This document shows, in pieces, positions 26,574 through 35,950 of a stretch of DNA of 64,000 nt. Origin of the DNA: Acutalibacteraceae bacterium. Lineage in GTDB: Bacteria; Bacillota; Clostridia; Oscillospirales; Acutalibacteraceae. The stretch is from positions 629 through 64,628 of the forward strand of contig JAZOCW010000032.1 of assembly GCA_045596705.1 (NCBI GenBank). The letters run 5' to 3'. The first letter of the stretch is position 1. Each line of letters opens with the position of its first letter. The translations under genes were made by a program, and so were the position numbers. Below the pieces are notes generated by a model that saw nothing but the letters and a program-made list of their open reading frames with translations, was not told the DNA's origin and ran no database searches.

Positions 26574-28025
26574 ATGGATAAAAATCTTAAAGTGTGGTTT
26601 ACCACACCCGAAAAAAAGATCCTTCCCAAATCTCATCTGACCTGGGGAAAGGTTGAGGATTACCACATCTATGTTGCCAAAAATGCAACAGAGGGATGTC
26701 AGGTGTCCATAATGGCGCCCGATGACCGCCGCGATATGAAGATCGAGGTTTTGGGCGCGGATGACAGCTTCACGGTTTCGCTTTTAAAGGAACATTATGT
26801 TGACTGTGAGGGCGCAAAGTGGCCCGACCCCGTTGTTCCCGATAACGGAAATTTCTCGTTAGAAGCGGGCATCAACACCACTTATCTTATAAACATAAAA
26901 ACCACACCTGAAACGGTAGCGGGCGAGTATAATTTAAAGGCCGTGCTTTATGAACAGGGCGAAATATACGGAGAATATCCCATAACGGTTACCGTATGGA
27001 ACTTTTCTATATCAAATGATGACCGCACCTATATGCTCTCTGATATCAATAAGCAATTTGTGCTAAAGCATCAAAAGACCGATGACCCTGAAGGGCTGAT
27101 CAAAAAGTATTATGATTTTCTGCTTTATGAATATCATACCTGTCCGTATTTATTGCCGTATGATTTTTCCGATTCGAGGATCGATGAGTATTTAGATGAT
27201 CCGCGTGTTAAGGCTTTCTGCTTGCACAGCGCCCGTTACACCGATGAACAATTATCGGCAATACATAAAAAACTTTCTGCGAAAAAAGAATGGCTTGATA
27301 AATGTTTTATAGAGGTTACGGATGAACCTTGTGTTATGGCACATTATGAAAAGCAAAAGGAAGAATACGCACGTGTTTCCAAAGCTTTCCCGAATCCGCC
27401 GGTATACACAGCATTTTTCAAGGACCCGGACGACGGAAACGGAGCAAAAGCCACCGATCTGCTTTCATATTCCAGCAAGATATGGATCCCCAAGAGCACC
27501 CTTTTCAAAACTGCCGAATTCAGAGACTGCATGGAAATGCACCGCTCGCACGGTGACAATATACTTTGGTACGTCTGCTGGGAACCGGGACTTCCGTATG
27601 CCAATATGTTTGTTGATATGGACGGCTTCTATCACAGAGCGCTTTTCTGGCAACAATATATGTATAAGGCTTCGGCCCTTTGCTACTGGACTACTACCTG
27701 GTGGCGCGACTGCAATCCGTGGGACAGCGCTTCCACAGTCCGCGATCTATCAATGTATTGCTTCGGTGACGGCAGTTTGCTTTATCCGGGCGACCGTGTG
27801 GGTATAGACGGTCCTGTGGGAAGTCTTCGCCTTGAGATCGCAAGAAGCGCTATGGAGGACTTCGCCATGCTCAAAATGGCTGAAAGGGCCTTCGGCAGAG
27901 CTTGGGTAGAAGAAAATATAACGTGTGTAACGCCCTCTGTTCGTGAGTACAACGACGACCACAATGAGCTTGACCGCACAAGAATAATTATAGGTAATAA
28001 GCTGAGTGAATACTACAGCAAATAG
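26574..28025 (+). CDS. DUF4091 / GH123-like protein, copy B (483 aa, divergent)
   Basis: 11-nt spacer with a GGAG RBS. It has the same motif set as copy A, and the middle is strongly diverged. Confidence 0.6.
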   Translation: MDKNLKVWFTTPEKKILPKSHLTWGKVEDYHIYVAKNATEGCQVSIMAPDDRRDMKIEVLGADDSFTVSLLKEHYVDCEGAKWPDPVVPDNGNFSLEAGINTTYLINIKTTPETVAGEYNLKAVLYEQGEIYGEYPITVTVWNFSISNDDRTYMLSDINKQFVLKHQKTDDPEGLIKKYYDFLLYEYHTCPYLLPYDFSDSRIDEYLDDPRVKAFCLHSARYTDEQLSAIHKKLSAKKEWLDKCFIEVTDEPCVMAHYEKQKEEYARVSKAFPNPPVYTAFFKDPDDGNGAKATDLLSYSSKIWIPKSTLFKTAEFRDCMEMHRSHGDNILWYVCWEPGLPYANMFVDMDGFYHRALFWQQYMYKASALCYWTTTWWRDCNPWDSASTVRDLSMYCFGDGSLLYPGDRVGIDGPVGSLRLEIARSAMEDFAMLKMAERAFGRAWVEENITCVTPSVREYNDDHNELDRTRIIIGNKLSEYYSK

Positions 28026-28036
28026 GAGGAATTTCC

Positions 28037-29503
28037 ATGGAAAAGAACCTTAAAGTGTGGTTTACCACACCCGAAAAGAAGATCCTTCCAAAATCTCATC
28101 TGACCTGGGGCAAGGTTGAGGATTACCATATCTATGTTGCAAAAAATGCAACAGAGGGATGTCAGGTATCGCTTAAATCCCCCACAGCCAGAAAGAACTT
28201 TTCTATTGAGGTAGTCGGCGACAGCGCGACCCCGAATTTTGAAGTGGAGCTTCTGCGTGAGCACTATGTAAGCTGCGAAGGTGCACTTTATCCCGATCCG
28301 GTCGTACCGGATAACGGTCATTTTGACCTCGAAGAGGAATGCAACGTTACATACCTCATCAATATCATAACAAATAATGACACGGTTGCCGGCGAATATG
28401 CTTTCAAGGTAGTCATTAAGGAGGACGGCGAGCTTTACGGTGAGTATGACCTGACCGTCACTGTTTGGAATTTTGCCATTAATCCTAAAAAGCATATGGA
28501 TACCGCCTTCGGAATCGAGAAGAAATTCCTCTATCTCCGTCAGCCGTCCGATGATCCCGATGCACTTTATAAAAAATATTACGATATGATGCTTGACCGT
28601 TATCGTATTTGCGGCTATGACCTTCCGTACGATATTCTCGACCCGCGCGCCGATGAGTATCTTAATGACCCGAGGGTCACTACCTTTATCATCCCATACA
28701 ACGTTGAGGATGAAAAGATAGTTGCTTACTATAACAAGCTCAGCAGTAATCCCGATTGGTTAAAGAAGGGCTTCTTCTATGTTGTTGACGAGCCCTGCAA
28801 TATGGAGGCTTATAAAAAGATCGAGGCATCACACGAGCGTCTTAAGAAGCTCTTCCCCGGATATCAGGCGGTTTCTCCCTTCTTTAAGGACCCGACCGAC
28901 GAAAACGGCAAGCCTGTAGGGGTTCGCGCTGTTGACCTGCTTGAAAAGTTCTGCAGCGTTTGGTGCCCGAAGATAAACCTTTTCAAGGATCAGTGGTTTG
29001 TTGACTACATGCACGACCGCGACAGAAAGGGTGACCGTGCTTGGTGGTATGTATGCTGGGAGCCGGGTCTTCCCTACAGCAATCTGTTTGTAGATATGGA
29101 CGGTTTCCATCATAGAGTTTTGCTTTGGCAGCAGTATCTGCACGATGTACGCGGACTGCTTTACTGGACCACTACCTGGTGGCGTGATTGCAACCCGTGG
29201 GACAGCGCCTCTACCGTTCGCGACCTTTCCTATTACTGCTTCGGCGACGGCTCGCTCTTCTACACGGGCGACCGCATAGGTATCGACGGACCGGTAGGTT
29301 CCTTACGTTTCGAGATTCTCCGCTACGGTATTGAAGACTTCTATATGCTGCAGATGGCAGAAGAGGCCTTCGGACGCGAATGGGTCGACGAGCTTGTAAA
29401 GAACGTTTCGCCCAATGTACGCGAATATAACGACGACCATGACGAGCTTGACCGCACCAGAATAATCATTGGTAATAAACTCAGCGAGTATTACAATAAA
29501 TAA
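28037..29503 (+). CDS. DUF4091 / GH123-like protein, copy C (488 aa)
   Basis: 11-nt spacer with an AGGAGG RBS. It is close to copy A except for a central cassette and a B-like patch. Confidence 0.6.
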   Translation: MEKNLKVWFTTPEKKILPKSHLTWGKVEDYHIYVAKNATEGCQVSLKSPTARKNFSIEVVGDSATPNFEVELLREHYVSCEGALYPDPVVPDNGHFDLEEECNVTYLINIITNNDTVAGEYAFKVVIKEDGELYGEYDLTVTVWNFAINPKKHMDTAFGIEKKFLYLRQPSDDPDALYKKYYDMMLDRYRICGYDLPYDILDPRADEYLNDPRVTTFIIPYNVEDEKIVAYYNKLSSNPDWLKKGFFYVVDEPCNMEAYKKIEASHERLKKLFPGYQAVSPFFKDPTDENGKPVGVRAVDLLEKFCSVWCPKINLFKDQWFVDYMHDRDRKGDRAWWYVCWEPGLPYSNLFVDMDGFHHRVLLWQQYLHDVRGLLYWTTTWWRDCNPWDSASTVRDLSYYCFGDGSLFYTGDRIGIDGPVGSLRFEILRYGIEDFYMLQMAEEAFGREWVDELVKNVSPNVREYNDDHDELDRTRIIIGNKLSEYYNK

Positions 29504-29516
29504 AAGGGGTATTAAA

Positions 29517-30473
29517 ATGATCAAAAAAGACGCAACAAGAATTTTCAAGCGCTATGAAGGCAACCCGATCCTTGACGTTAAGGATTTTCCCGGTGTTGCA
29601 CAGCTCTACAACCCGTCTCCTGTAATGTACGGCGATGAGACCATACTTCTCATCTCGGTCGTTGACCATGCCGCAACCCGCGGCTACGGACGTGACGTTG
29701 GACAGACCCGTATCGCCCGCAGTAAGGATGGCATCAACTTCACGCTTAGTGATGAAGATTTCATTAAGCTTGATGATAGCCAGTATCCCAACAAGCTGTT
29801 CCATCACTTTATCGACAACCGTACTACCAAGATCGACGATACATACTATATGGTAACCCCCGTAATGGTACACGGCTACGGCACACCTCTCGGATACCTC
29901 GGTAAGACCAAGGATTTCGAGACCTATACCCCCATCGCCGCCATCACCGCACCTGCAAACCGCGGCGCATCACTCTTCCCTGAGAAGATCGGCGGCAAAT
30001 ACTACAAGCTTGACCGTCCGTCTACACCGACCTCTGCCGGCGATATCTGGATCTCGGCAAGCGAAGACCTCGTTCACTGGGGCGAATTTAAACCGGTAAT
30101 AGCACACGGCTACCGTTTCTGGAACAGCCAGAAGATGGGCCCCACTCCCCCAATCAAGACCGACAAGGGCTGGCTCGTTATTGTTCACGGCGTATTCGAT
30201 CCGGCAGGCGGCGACCAGTATTACCTCGGCGCTATACTGCTTGACCTCGAAGAGCCCTGGAAGGTTATCGGCAAAACAAACAGCTACATCCTCGGACCGG
30301 AGGAAGAGTACGAGCTCCACGGCAACAGCGACAATACCTGCTTTGCCTGCGGCGCAATTGCCGACTATGATAAGGATCAGATCAGACTTTACTACGGCGG
30401 AACAGATAAGTATATCTGTCTTGCAACCGGATGTCTTTCCGAACTCGTTCAAGCCTGTATTGACCAGATCTAA
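29517..30473 (+). CDS. GH130-family glycoside phosphorylase (beta-mannoside phosphorylase-like)
   Basis: I chose the ATG at 29517 (MIKKDATRIFKRYEGNPIL). Motifs are RGASLFPEKIGGKYY..DRP, DIWIS.S.DL.HW, GPTPPIKT.KGWL..HGV, Y.LGA.LLDLE.PWKV and RLYYGG.D. Confidence 0.75.
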   Translation: MIKKDATRIFKRYEGNPILDVKDFPGVAQLYNPSPVMYGDETILLISVVDHAATRGYGRDVGQTRIARSKDGINFTLSDEDFIKLDDSQYPNKLFHHFIDNRTTKIDDTYYMVTPVMVHGYGTPLGYLGKTKDFETYTPIAAITAPANRGASLFPEKIGGKYYKLDRPSTPTSAGDIWISASEDLVHWGEFKPVIAHGYRFWNSQKMGPTPPIKTDKGWLVIVHGVFDPAGGDQYYLGAILLDLEEPWKVIGKTNSYILGPEEEYELHGNSDNTCFACGAIADYDKDQIRLYYGGTDKYICLATGCLSELVQACIDQI

Positions 30474-30476
30474 CAT

Positions 30477-30508
30477 AAAAACCCCTGCCATACGGCAGGG
30501 GTTTTTTA
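30477..30508. terminator. bidirectional intrinsic terminator
   Basis: 9-bp stem acccctgcc/ggcaggggt, flanked by A4 and T6. Confidence 0.85.
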
Positions 30509-30520
30509 TGTTATTCTATT

Positions 30521-31435
30521 TTAACCTAATTCATCAAAAAGTCCGAGGACAACTATGCCTACTACGGCAAGTCCTATCATAATATAATGCTTTACAGAAA
30601 GCTTTTCTTTCAAGAAGATTCTTCCCCATACAACCGATGCAAGGCAATATGCCGAGATGATGGGTGCACTCATTACAAGATGCTCGCTGTCAGATATAGC
30701 GTATATATAAGAGAACTGACCTGCAGTCTCAAACAATGCGCCGACATACTTCGGTGCCTCGCGACCCGGCAAGAACTTTGCCTTTTTAACAAACTTAAGC
30801 CAAATGAAGCTTATAACACCGCAAAGCAGGAATGTAAGCTCATAGGCGACGTTTGCGCTATCCTCATCGAGTGTTTCGAGCACAAGGCTGTCTGCAAAGG
30901 TGCCTGCGGCATCAAGCACACAGTAGAGTATGGGCAGCAGCAACGCAAGGACTGATTTTGAATACTTGTAGTTCGACTTTTCCTGACGCAGAGCGCGCTT
31001 TTCATCATCCTCAAAGTGTTCAACAAGGCCGAGACCTATTACGGCAACGCAGACCAGCGCAACCGCACCTAACTGCCAACCGTTTATACTGCCGAGGCCA
31101 AAGAATATAAGCGAAAGAATAGCGACTAATGCACCTGAGGAATTACATACCGGCGAAGAAACCGAAAGCTCGATATAACGCAGACCTAAATATCCGAGCG
31201 TCATCGAGAATATGTAAAGCAACGATACGGGCAGATATTTTAGCATAACTTCCCACGATATTGCTGTTCCGCCTATGAATATCTCATATGCGGCGTGCAG
31301 ACCCATTACGGTACCGACAGCAGTCACCATTTTAAGGTGGCTGTTTTTATCATCAGCATCACGACAGCCTATCTTTGAAAACAAGTCCGATCCGCTCCAA
31401 CAAAGAAGCGTTATAATTGATAACCAAAACCACAT
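30521..31435 (-). CDS. DMT-superfamily (EamA-like) permease
   Basis: 304 aa with about 10 TM segments in two EamA-like halves. Confidence 0.7.
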   Translation of the reverse strand: MWFWLSIITLLCWSGSDLFSKIGCRDADDKNSHLKMVTAVGTVMGLHAAYEIFIGGTAISWEVMLKYLPVSLLYIFSMTLGYLGLRYIELSVSSPVCNSSGALVAILSLIFFGLGSINGWQLGAVALVCVAVIGLGLVEHFEDDEKRALRQEKSNYKYSKSVLALLLPILYCVLDAAGTFADSLVLETLDEDSANVAYELTFLLCGVISFIWLKFVKKAKFLPGREAPKYVGALFETAGQFSYIYAISDSEHLVMSAPIISAYCLASVVWGRIFLKEKLSVKHYIMIGLAVVGIVVLGLFDELG

Positions 31436-31447
31436 AATTTATCCTCC

Positions 31448-32722
31448 TTAAATTTCTACAAGTCCTTTTTCATACAACTTCTGAAGTGAAAGTATTACAC
31501 CTAACTTAGCATGCGGCCAAGTAAGTCCTCCCTGGAAATATACCGCATAGGGAGGGCGTATCGGTCCGTCTGCCGACAGCTCGATAGACGAGCCCTGAAC
31601 AAACGCTCCCGCCGCCATTACGACCTTTGCGTCATAGCCGGGCATATCACCTGCTACGGGTGTTACATAGCTATCGACCGGTGCGGCGGCTTGAATACCT
31701 TCACAAAATGCGAGCATTCTCTCCTCGCTGCCAAGCACTACCGACTGAATTATATCGTGACGGGATTCTCCGCTTGAAGGAACCACCTTAAAGCCACAGC
31801 TTTCATAAAGGCGGGCGGCGAATATTGCACCCTTAAGTGCCGCCGCGGTAACCGTCGGAGCAAGGAAAAAGCCCTGATAAAATGACGTCATAATGCCAAG
31901 GTTAGCACCGACCTCTTGCCCAAGTCCAGGCGCGCTTAGACGATAGGCACAGCGCTCAACACAACTGCGGGTTCCGCAGATATATCCGCCCGAGGGCGCG
32001 AGTCCTCCGCCCGGATTCTTGATAAGCGAGCCGACTATCATATCAGCGCCGACGTTTGACGGTTCATATCTTTCAACAAACTCACCATAGCAATTATCCA
32101 CCATGCATATAACATCGGGCTTGATACCTTTTACAAAACGTATAAGCTCACCTATTTGTTCTACCGAAAAGGATGGGCGGGTATCGTAACCCTTGGAGCG
32201 TTGAATCTCTACCAGTTTGGTTTTTTCGTTTATTGCCGCCTTTATTCCTTCATAATCAAAACTACCGTCAGCAAGCAGGTCTACCTGTCGGTAGGAAACA
32301 CCGTATTCCTTAAGAGAACAGGGCGAAGAACGGATGCCTATGACCTCCTCAAGCGTATCATACGGTTTGCCTACGGGAGCTAATATTTCATCTCCCGGCA
32401 ACAAGTTAGCCGAAAGCGCTATTGCCAACGCGTGGGTTCCACAGGTTATCTGCGGACGGACAAGCGCCGCCTCGGTTGAGAAGCAGTCGGCGTAGACACG
32501 CTCAAGCGTATCGCGTCCGTTATCGTCATAACCGTAGCCGTTAGATGCGGCAAAATGGGTCGCATTAACTCGGTTTTTCTGCATTGCGGCGATAACCTTG
32601 CACTGGTTATATTCTGCGTTGCCGTCGATCTCTTTAAAGGTCTCTGCCAGGCCGTCAAGTGTCTTCTCACACAAAGCGGCAACCTTTTCGTCTATTTTGA
32701 ACATTTGGTATATATTGTCCAT
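31448..32722 (-). CDS. PLP-dependent YnbB / aluminium-resistance family protein (Cys/Met metabolism fold)
   Basis: I chose the ATG at 32722 (MDNIYQMF), with GGTGAG upstream. The family-typical motif is ...HFAASNGYGYDDNGRDTLE.... Confidence 0.7.
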   Translation of the reverse strand: MDNIYQMFKIDEKVAALCEKTLDGLAETFKEIDGNAEYNQCKVIAAMQKNRVNATHFAASNGYGYDDNGRDTLERVYADCFSTEAALVRPQITCGTHALAIALSANLLPGDEILAPVGKPYDTLEEVIGIRSSPCSLKEYGVSYRQVDLLADGSFDYEGIKAAINEKTKLVEIQRSKGYDTRPSFSVEQIGELIRFVKGIKPDVICMVDNCYGEFVERYEPSNVGADMIVGSLIKNPGGGLAPSGGYICGTRSCVERCAYRLSAPGLGQEVGANLGIMTSFYQGFFLAPTVTAAALKGAIFAARLYESCGFKVVPSSGESRHDIIQSVVLGSEERMLAFCEGIQAAAPVDSYVTPVAGDMPGYDAKVVMAAGAFVQGSSIELSADGPIRPPYAVYFQGGLTWPHAKLGVILSLQKLYEKGLVEI

Positions 32723-32850
32723 CTTCTCACCCAAAGAAAAAATTATTGATTATTTTACCACAAACTGTATATCTCGGTCAATATTTAGCAAAAAAATACT
32801 TTTCAAAAATAAAAAAAATATTACGCTCATACACTTTATTGGTGATAAAA

Positions 32851-34362
32851 TTGAAGCTTGTTAAGTTTTTAATTCATTTAAACGATACTGTGGGTAATTT
32901 CCTTTGGGAGGGGCCGGGGCTCATACTGCTTCTCGGTACGGGAGTTTACCTTTCCTTTAAGACTCATTTTTTTCAGCTTTCACAAATGAGGCACTGGCTT
33001 TCGACGACGGTCGGCAGCATTTTCTGCCGCAGAACGAGCGCACACAAGGCAGACGGTACGTCTATATCGCAGTTCCAATCGCTGTGCACCGTGCTCGCCG
33101 CCACGTTGGGAGTAGGAAATATTGCAGGCATTTCGACAGCCATAGCCTTAGGCGGCCCGGGCTCGATCTTTTGGATGTGGGTCGCGGCTTTTTTCGGTAT
33201 GATAACCGCATACTGTGAAAACCTGCTCGGTATTTTTTATAGGCGCCGAAACGAACGCGGTGAATGGGCAGGCGGAGCAATGTACTATCTGCGCGACGGA
33301 CTCGGCGGCAAAAAAGGGTGCCGTCGAGTCGGTGCCGTGCTTGGTGCGTTTTTTTCGCTTTTTTGCGTGTTTGCATCTTTTGGTATGGGCAACGCAAGTC
33401 AGATAAACTCGATAGTCACCAATATAACCGAGGTGTTCTCGGTGCCTTTGCTACAAGGTAAAGAACTGCTCGGTACCGATATGTACTCAGCACTTATCGG
33501 CGCAGTGCTGACCGTAGCCATAGGGGGTGTAATACTCGGCGGCATAAAACGCATAGCGTCAGTAACCGAAAAATTAGTCCCGTTTATGGTGGTCGGTTAT
33601 ACTGTCGGTTCTCTGATAATAATTTTTTGTAATATCCGAGATCTACCCGAAGCATTTATCTCGATCTTTCGCCACGCGTTCGGTAGCCGTGCGGCAGCAG
33701 GCGGTCTTACAGGATATACGCTGAGAAAGGTTGTGAACTGGGGACTTAGACGCGGGGTATTTTCCAACGAGGCAGGCCTTGGTTCATCGGTTGCCGCGGG
33801 TGCGGCATCCAATGTACGTGAGCCTGCGGTTCAAGGAATGTGGGGAATATTTGAAGTGTTTACCGACACGATAGTCGTCTGCACCGTTACCGCGCTTGTA
33901 ATATTAAGTTCCGGACTGGTGGATCTTAAAAGCGGACGCGTACTCGCGACATCGGGGTCTACCCTCGTGTCGCAGGCTTTCTCGTTACAGTTCGGCAAAG
34001 CCGGCGGTATATTTATTGCCGTGGCGGTTTTGCTGTTCGCTTTTTCCACGGTACTCGGATGGTCATACTTTGGCGAAAAAGCGTGGGAATACCTTTTCGG
34101 CACAAAAACCGTAATTATTTATAAGATCCTGTTTGTGCTGTTTATAATGCCGGGTGCTTTGATGAGCCTTGACCTAGTATGGAGTCTTGCCGACACAGCC
34201 AACGCACTTATGATGCTGCCGAATCTAGTCGGCGTACTTTCGCTTTCAGGCGTTGTTATCAAGGTTACAGACAACTACTGCGAGCGAATTTTCCACGGCA
34301 AAAAAATACGGCCGATGCTTTCTTTTGACCGCGAGATCCAGCGCTATCAGGAAACAACGTAA
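32851..34362 (+). CDS. alanine/glycine:cation symporter (AGCS family)
   Basis: No in-frame ATG lies near the conserved N-terminus. The start is probably TTG at 32851 (GGTGA 5 nt upstream) or GTG at 32842. The GPG...WMW...FSNEAGLGS motifs are present. Confidence 0.8.
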   Translation: MKLVKFLIHLNDTVGNFLWEGPGLILLLGTGVYLSFKTHFFQLSQMRHWLSTTVGSIFCRRTSAHKADGTSISQFQSLCTVLAATLGVGNIAGISTAIALGGPGSIFWMWVAAFFGMITAYCENLLGIFYRRRNERGEWAGGAMYYLRDGLGGKKGCRRVGAVLGAFFSLFCVFASFGMGNASQINSIVTNITEVFSVPLLQGKELLGTDMYSALIGAVLTVAIGGVILGGIKRIASVTEKLVPFMVVGYTVGSLIIIFCNIRDLPEAFISIFRHAFGSRAAAGGLTGYTLRKVVNWGLRRGVFSNEAGLGSSVAAGAASNVREPAVQGMWGIFEVFTDTIVVCTVTALVILSSGLVDLKSGRVLATSGSTLVSQAFSLQFGKAGGIFIAVAVLLFAFSTVLGWSYFGEKAWEYLFGTKTVIIYKILFVLFIMPGALMSLDLVWSLADTANALMMLPNLVGVLSLSGVVIKVTDNYCERIFHGKKIRPMLSFDREIQRYQETT

Positions 34363-34392
34363 AACAAGGCGCACAATTGTGCGCCTTGTTTT
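34362..34392 (+). terminator. intrinsic terminator
   Basis: Perfect palindrome acaaggcgcac-aatt-gtgcgccttgt plus TTTT. Confidence 0.8.
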
Positions 34393-34445
34393 GCAGAACA
34401 ATATCGGAACATTTAATTGATTTCGGACAGATAATAATATATAAT

Positions 34446-35348
34446 TTACATAATGGCAGAGAGAACTAAAATATCCCGAACATTCCTATAAAGTTGCGGC
34501 AGATCGGCAGTCGGCAAAGGGTTTTTCCCTTTTCCTATCTCAACCGTAAACCCCGGTCTTGAAAACTCTGTGATAAACCAGTCCTTAAAGCCGCCGCCAA
34601 CCGCAAGTCCGGTCGGCACTTCAAGTGCGTAACCGCTCTCTGCTGCAAGTATTTGCGCCATTTTAGCACTGCGCTTTGGCTGACAGTCGCCGTAGGTCCA
34701 ATATATGACCTCTCCCTGTGTATGCAATGCCATAACATGCCGAATAGGTACACGGCGGCACAGCTCGGTAAGCGCCAGCGTTTCGGGCTCACTTTCAGGA
34801 GTGAAACCGCCGAACCGCGTAGGTCCTGGGCCATATATCCCCGCCTCTTTTTCCAGCTTCCTGAGTTCATCCCAACCGGCATCGAAATTATGATTAATAT
34901 CCACACCGCGCAAATTTGCATTCCAATGAGTAAAATCTCCGTTGCAGAGTCTTCTTATCTTACCCGCCATATATCCCGCGCCGAGCTCCCCTTTTATGGA
35001 TATCTCGCATCCGTCGGGATTAACGAGCGGCACTACCATAACACCTCTGCCGTAAAAGGCCCGGCGTGCGTCAAGACCCGCTATTTCATCTCCCCTGCTC
35101 AGCGCATCGCAAAGCTCTTCCACAAAGCGCAACGCAATATTACAGGTTATGTGCTCACTACCGTGAAACGCCGCGGCATACAGTACGTATTCATCGGCCT
35201 CGCCGACCGTCAGGCAATATATATCCCTGCCGGCACAACTTCTGCCTACCGATTTGCATTTTAAAAAACTGTATCTTTCAAGCAGCCTGTCTATAAGTCT
35301 TTTAACCTCTAAATACTCATAGTCAACTGCAGATATTATACTTCTCAT
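34446..35348 (-). CDS. M14-family zinc carboxypeptidase (gamma-D-glutamyl-meso-diaminopimelate peptidase-like)
   Basis: 300 aa with HGSEH (Zn ligands), NPDG and HTQG. It has no signal peptide. Confidence 0.75.
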   Translation of the reverse strand: MRSIISAVDYEYLEVKRLIDRLLERYSFLKCKSVGRSCAGRDIYCLTVGEADEYVLYAAAFHGSEHITCNIALRFVEELCDALSRGDEIAGLDARRAFYGRGVMVVPLVNPDGCEISIKGELGAGYMAGKIRRLCNGDFTHWNANLRGVDINHNFDAGWDELRKLEKEAGIYGPGPTRFGGFTPESEPETLALTELCRRVPIRHVMALHTQGEVIYWTYGDCQPKRSAKMAQILAAESGYALEVPTGLAVGGGFKDWFITEFSRPGFTVEIGKGKNPLPTADLPQLYRNVRDILVLSAIM

Positions 35349-35401
35349 ACACTTCGCCCCTTTATCTAAATTATATATATTAAAAAACGGGAGGAAATAT
35401 T

Positions 35402-35950
35402 ATGGATATGACCGAAAAGACCCTGTCGGGTGAATATAAATACGAGGGCAGGATAATCAAACTGAGGGTAGATAAGGCTCTGCTCCCTGACGGAAGCACC
35501 GCCAGCCGTGAGATAGTCGAACATAACGGCGGCGTTTGCGTTGCCGCCCTGACCGGCGAGGGTGAAGTGCTGATGGTGAGGCAGTTCCGCTATCCCTACG
35601 GTGAGATAATCCCCGAAATACCTGCCGGAAAACGCGACAGCGCCGACGAGGATCCACTCGAATGCGGACGGCGCGAATTAAAAGAGGAAACCGGCGCCAG
35701 CGCCGACGAATTTAAGTTTTTAGGCAAGCTTTACCCCTCCCCCGGATACTGCGGAGAAATAATCTGGATGTATGCTGCCAAGGGTCTGCACTACGGACAG
35801 CAACAGACCGACGAGGATGAATTTTTGACCGTAGAAAAAATACCGCTCGACACCCTGACAGACATGGTGCTTAGCGGTGAGATAACAGACGCAAAAACAC
35901 AAACCGCTCTGTTAAAGCTAAAGTTGCTTGTAGATAAAGGAGAATTTTAA
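35402..35950 (+). CDS. NUDIX hydrolase (ADP-ribose pyrophosphatase-like)
   Basis: The Nudix box is GKRDSADEDPLECGRRELKEETG. Confidence 0.85.
   Translation: MDMTEKTLSGEYKYEGRIIKLRVDKALLPDGSTASREIVEHNGGVCVAALTGEGEVLMVRQFRYPYGEIIPEIPAGKRDSADEDPLECGRRELKEETGASADEFKFLGKLYPSPGYCGEIIWMYAAKGLHYGQQQTDEDEFLTVEKIPLDTLTDMVLSGEITDAKTQTALLKLKLLVDKGEF

Larger units (their letters stand above)
25096..29503 (+). repeat. tandem triplication of a ~1.47-kb gene unit (period 1478/1463 nt)
   Basis: Starts at 25096, 26574 and 28037. Copies 1 and 3 are near-identical over long tracts, and copy 2 is divergent except at the termini. Confidence 0.95.

Noticed and set aside
25096-29503. Periodic repeat considered as a CRISPR-like or other array.
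   Set aside because: The period is ~1.47 kb and each unit is a full-length protein gene. No short repeat-spacer architecture exists anywhere in the window.
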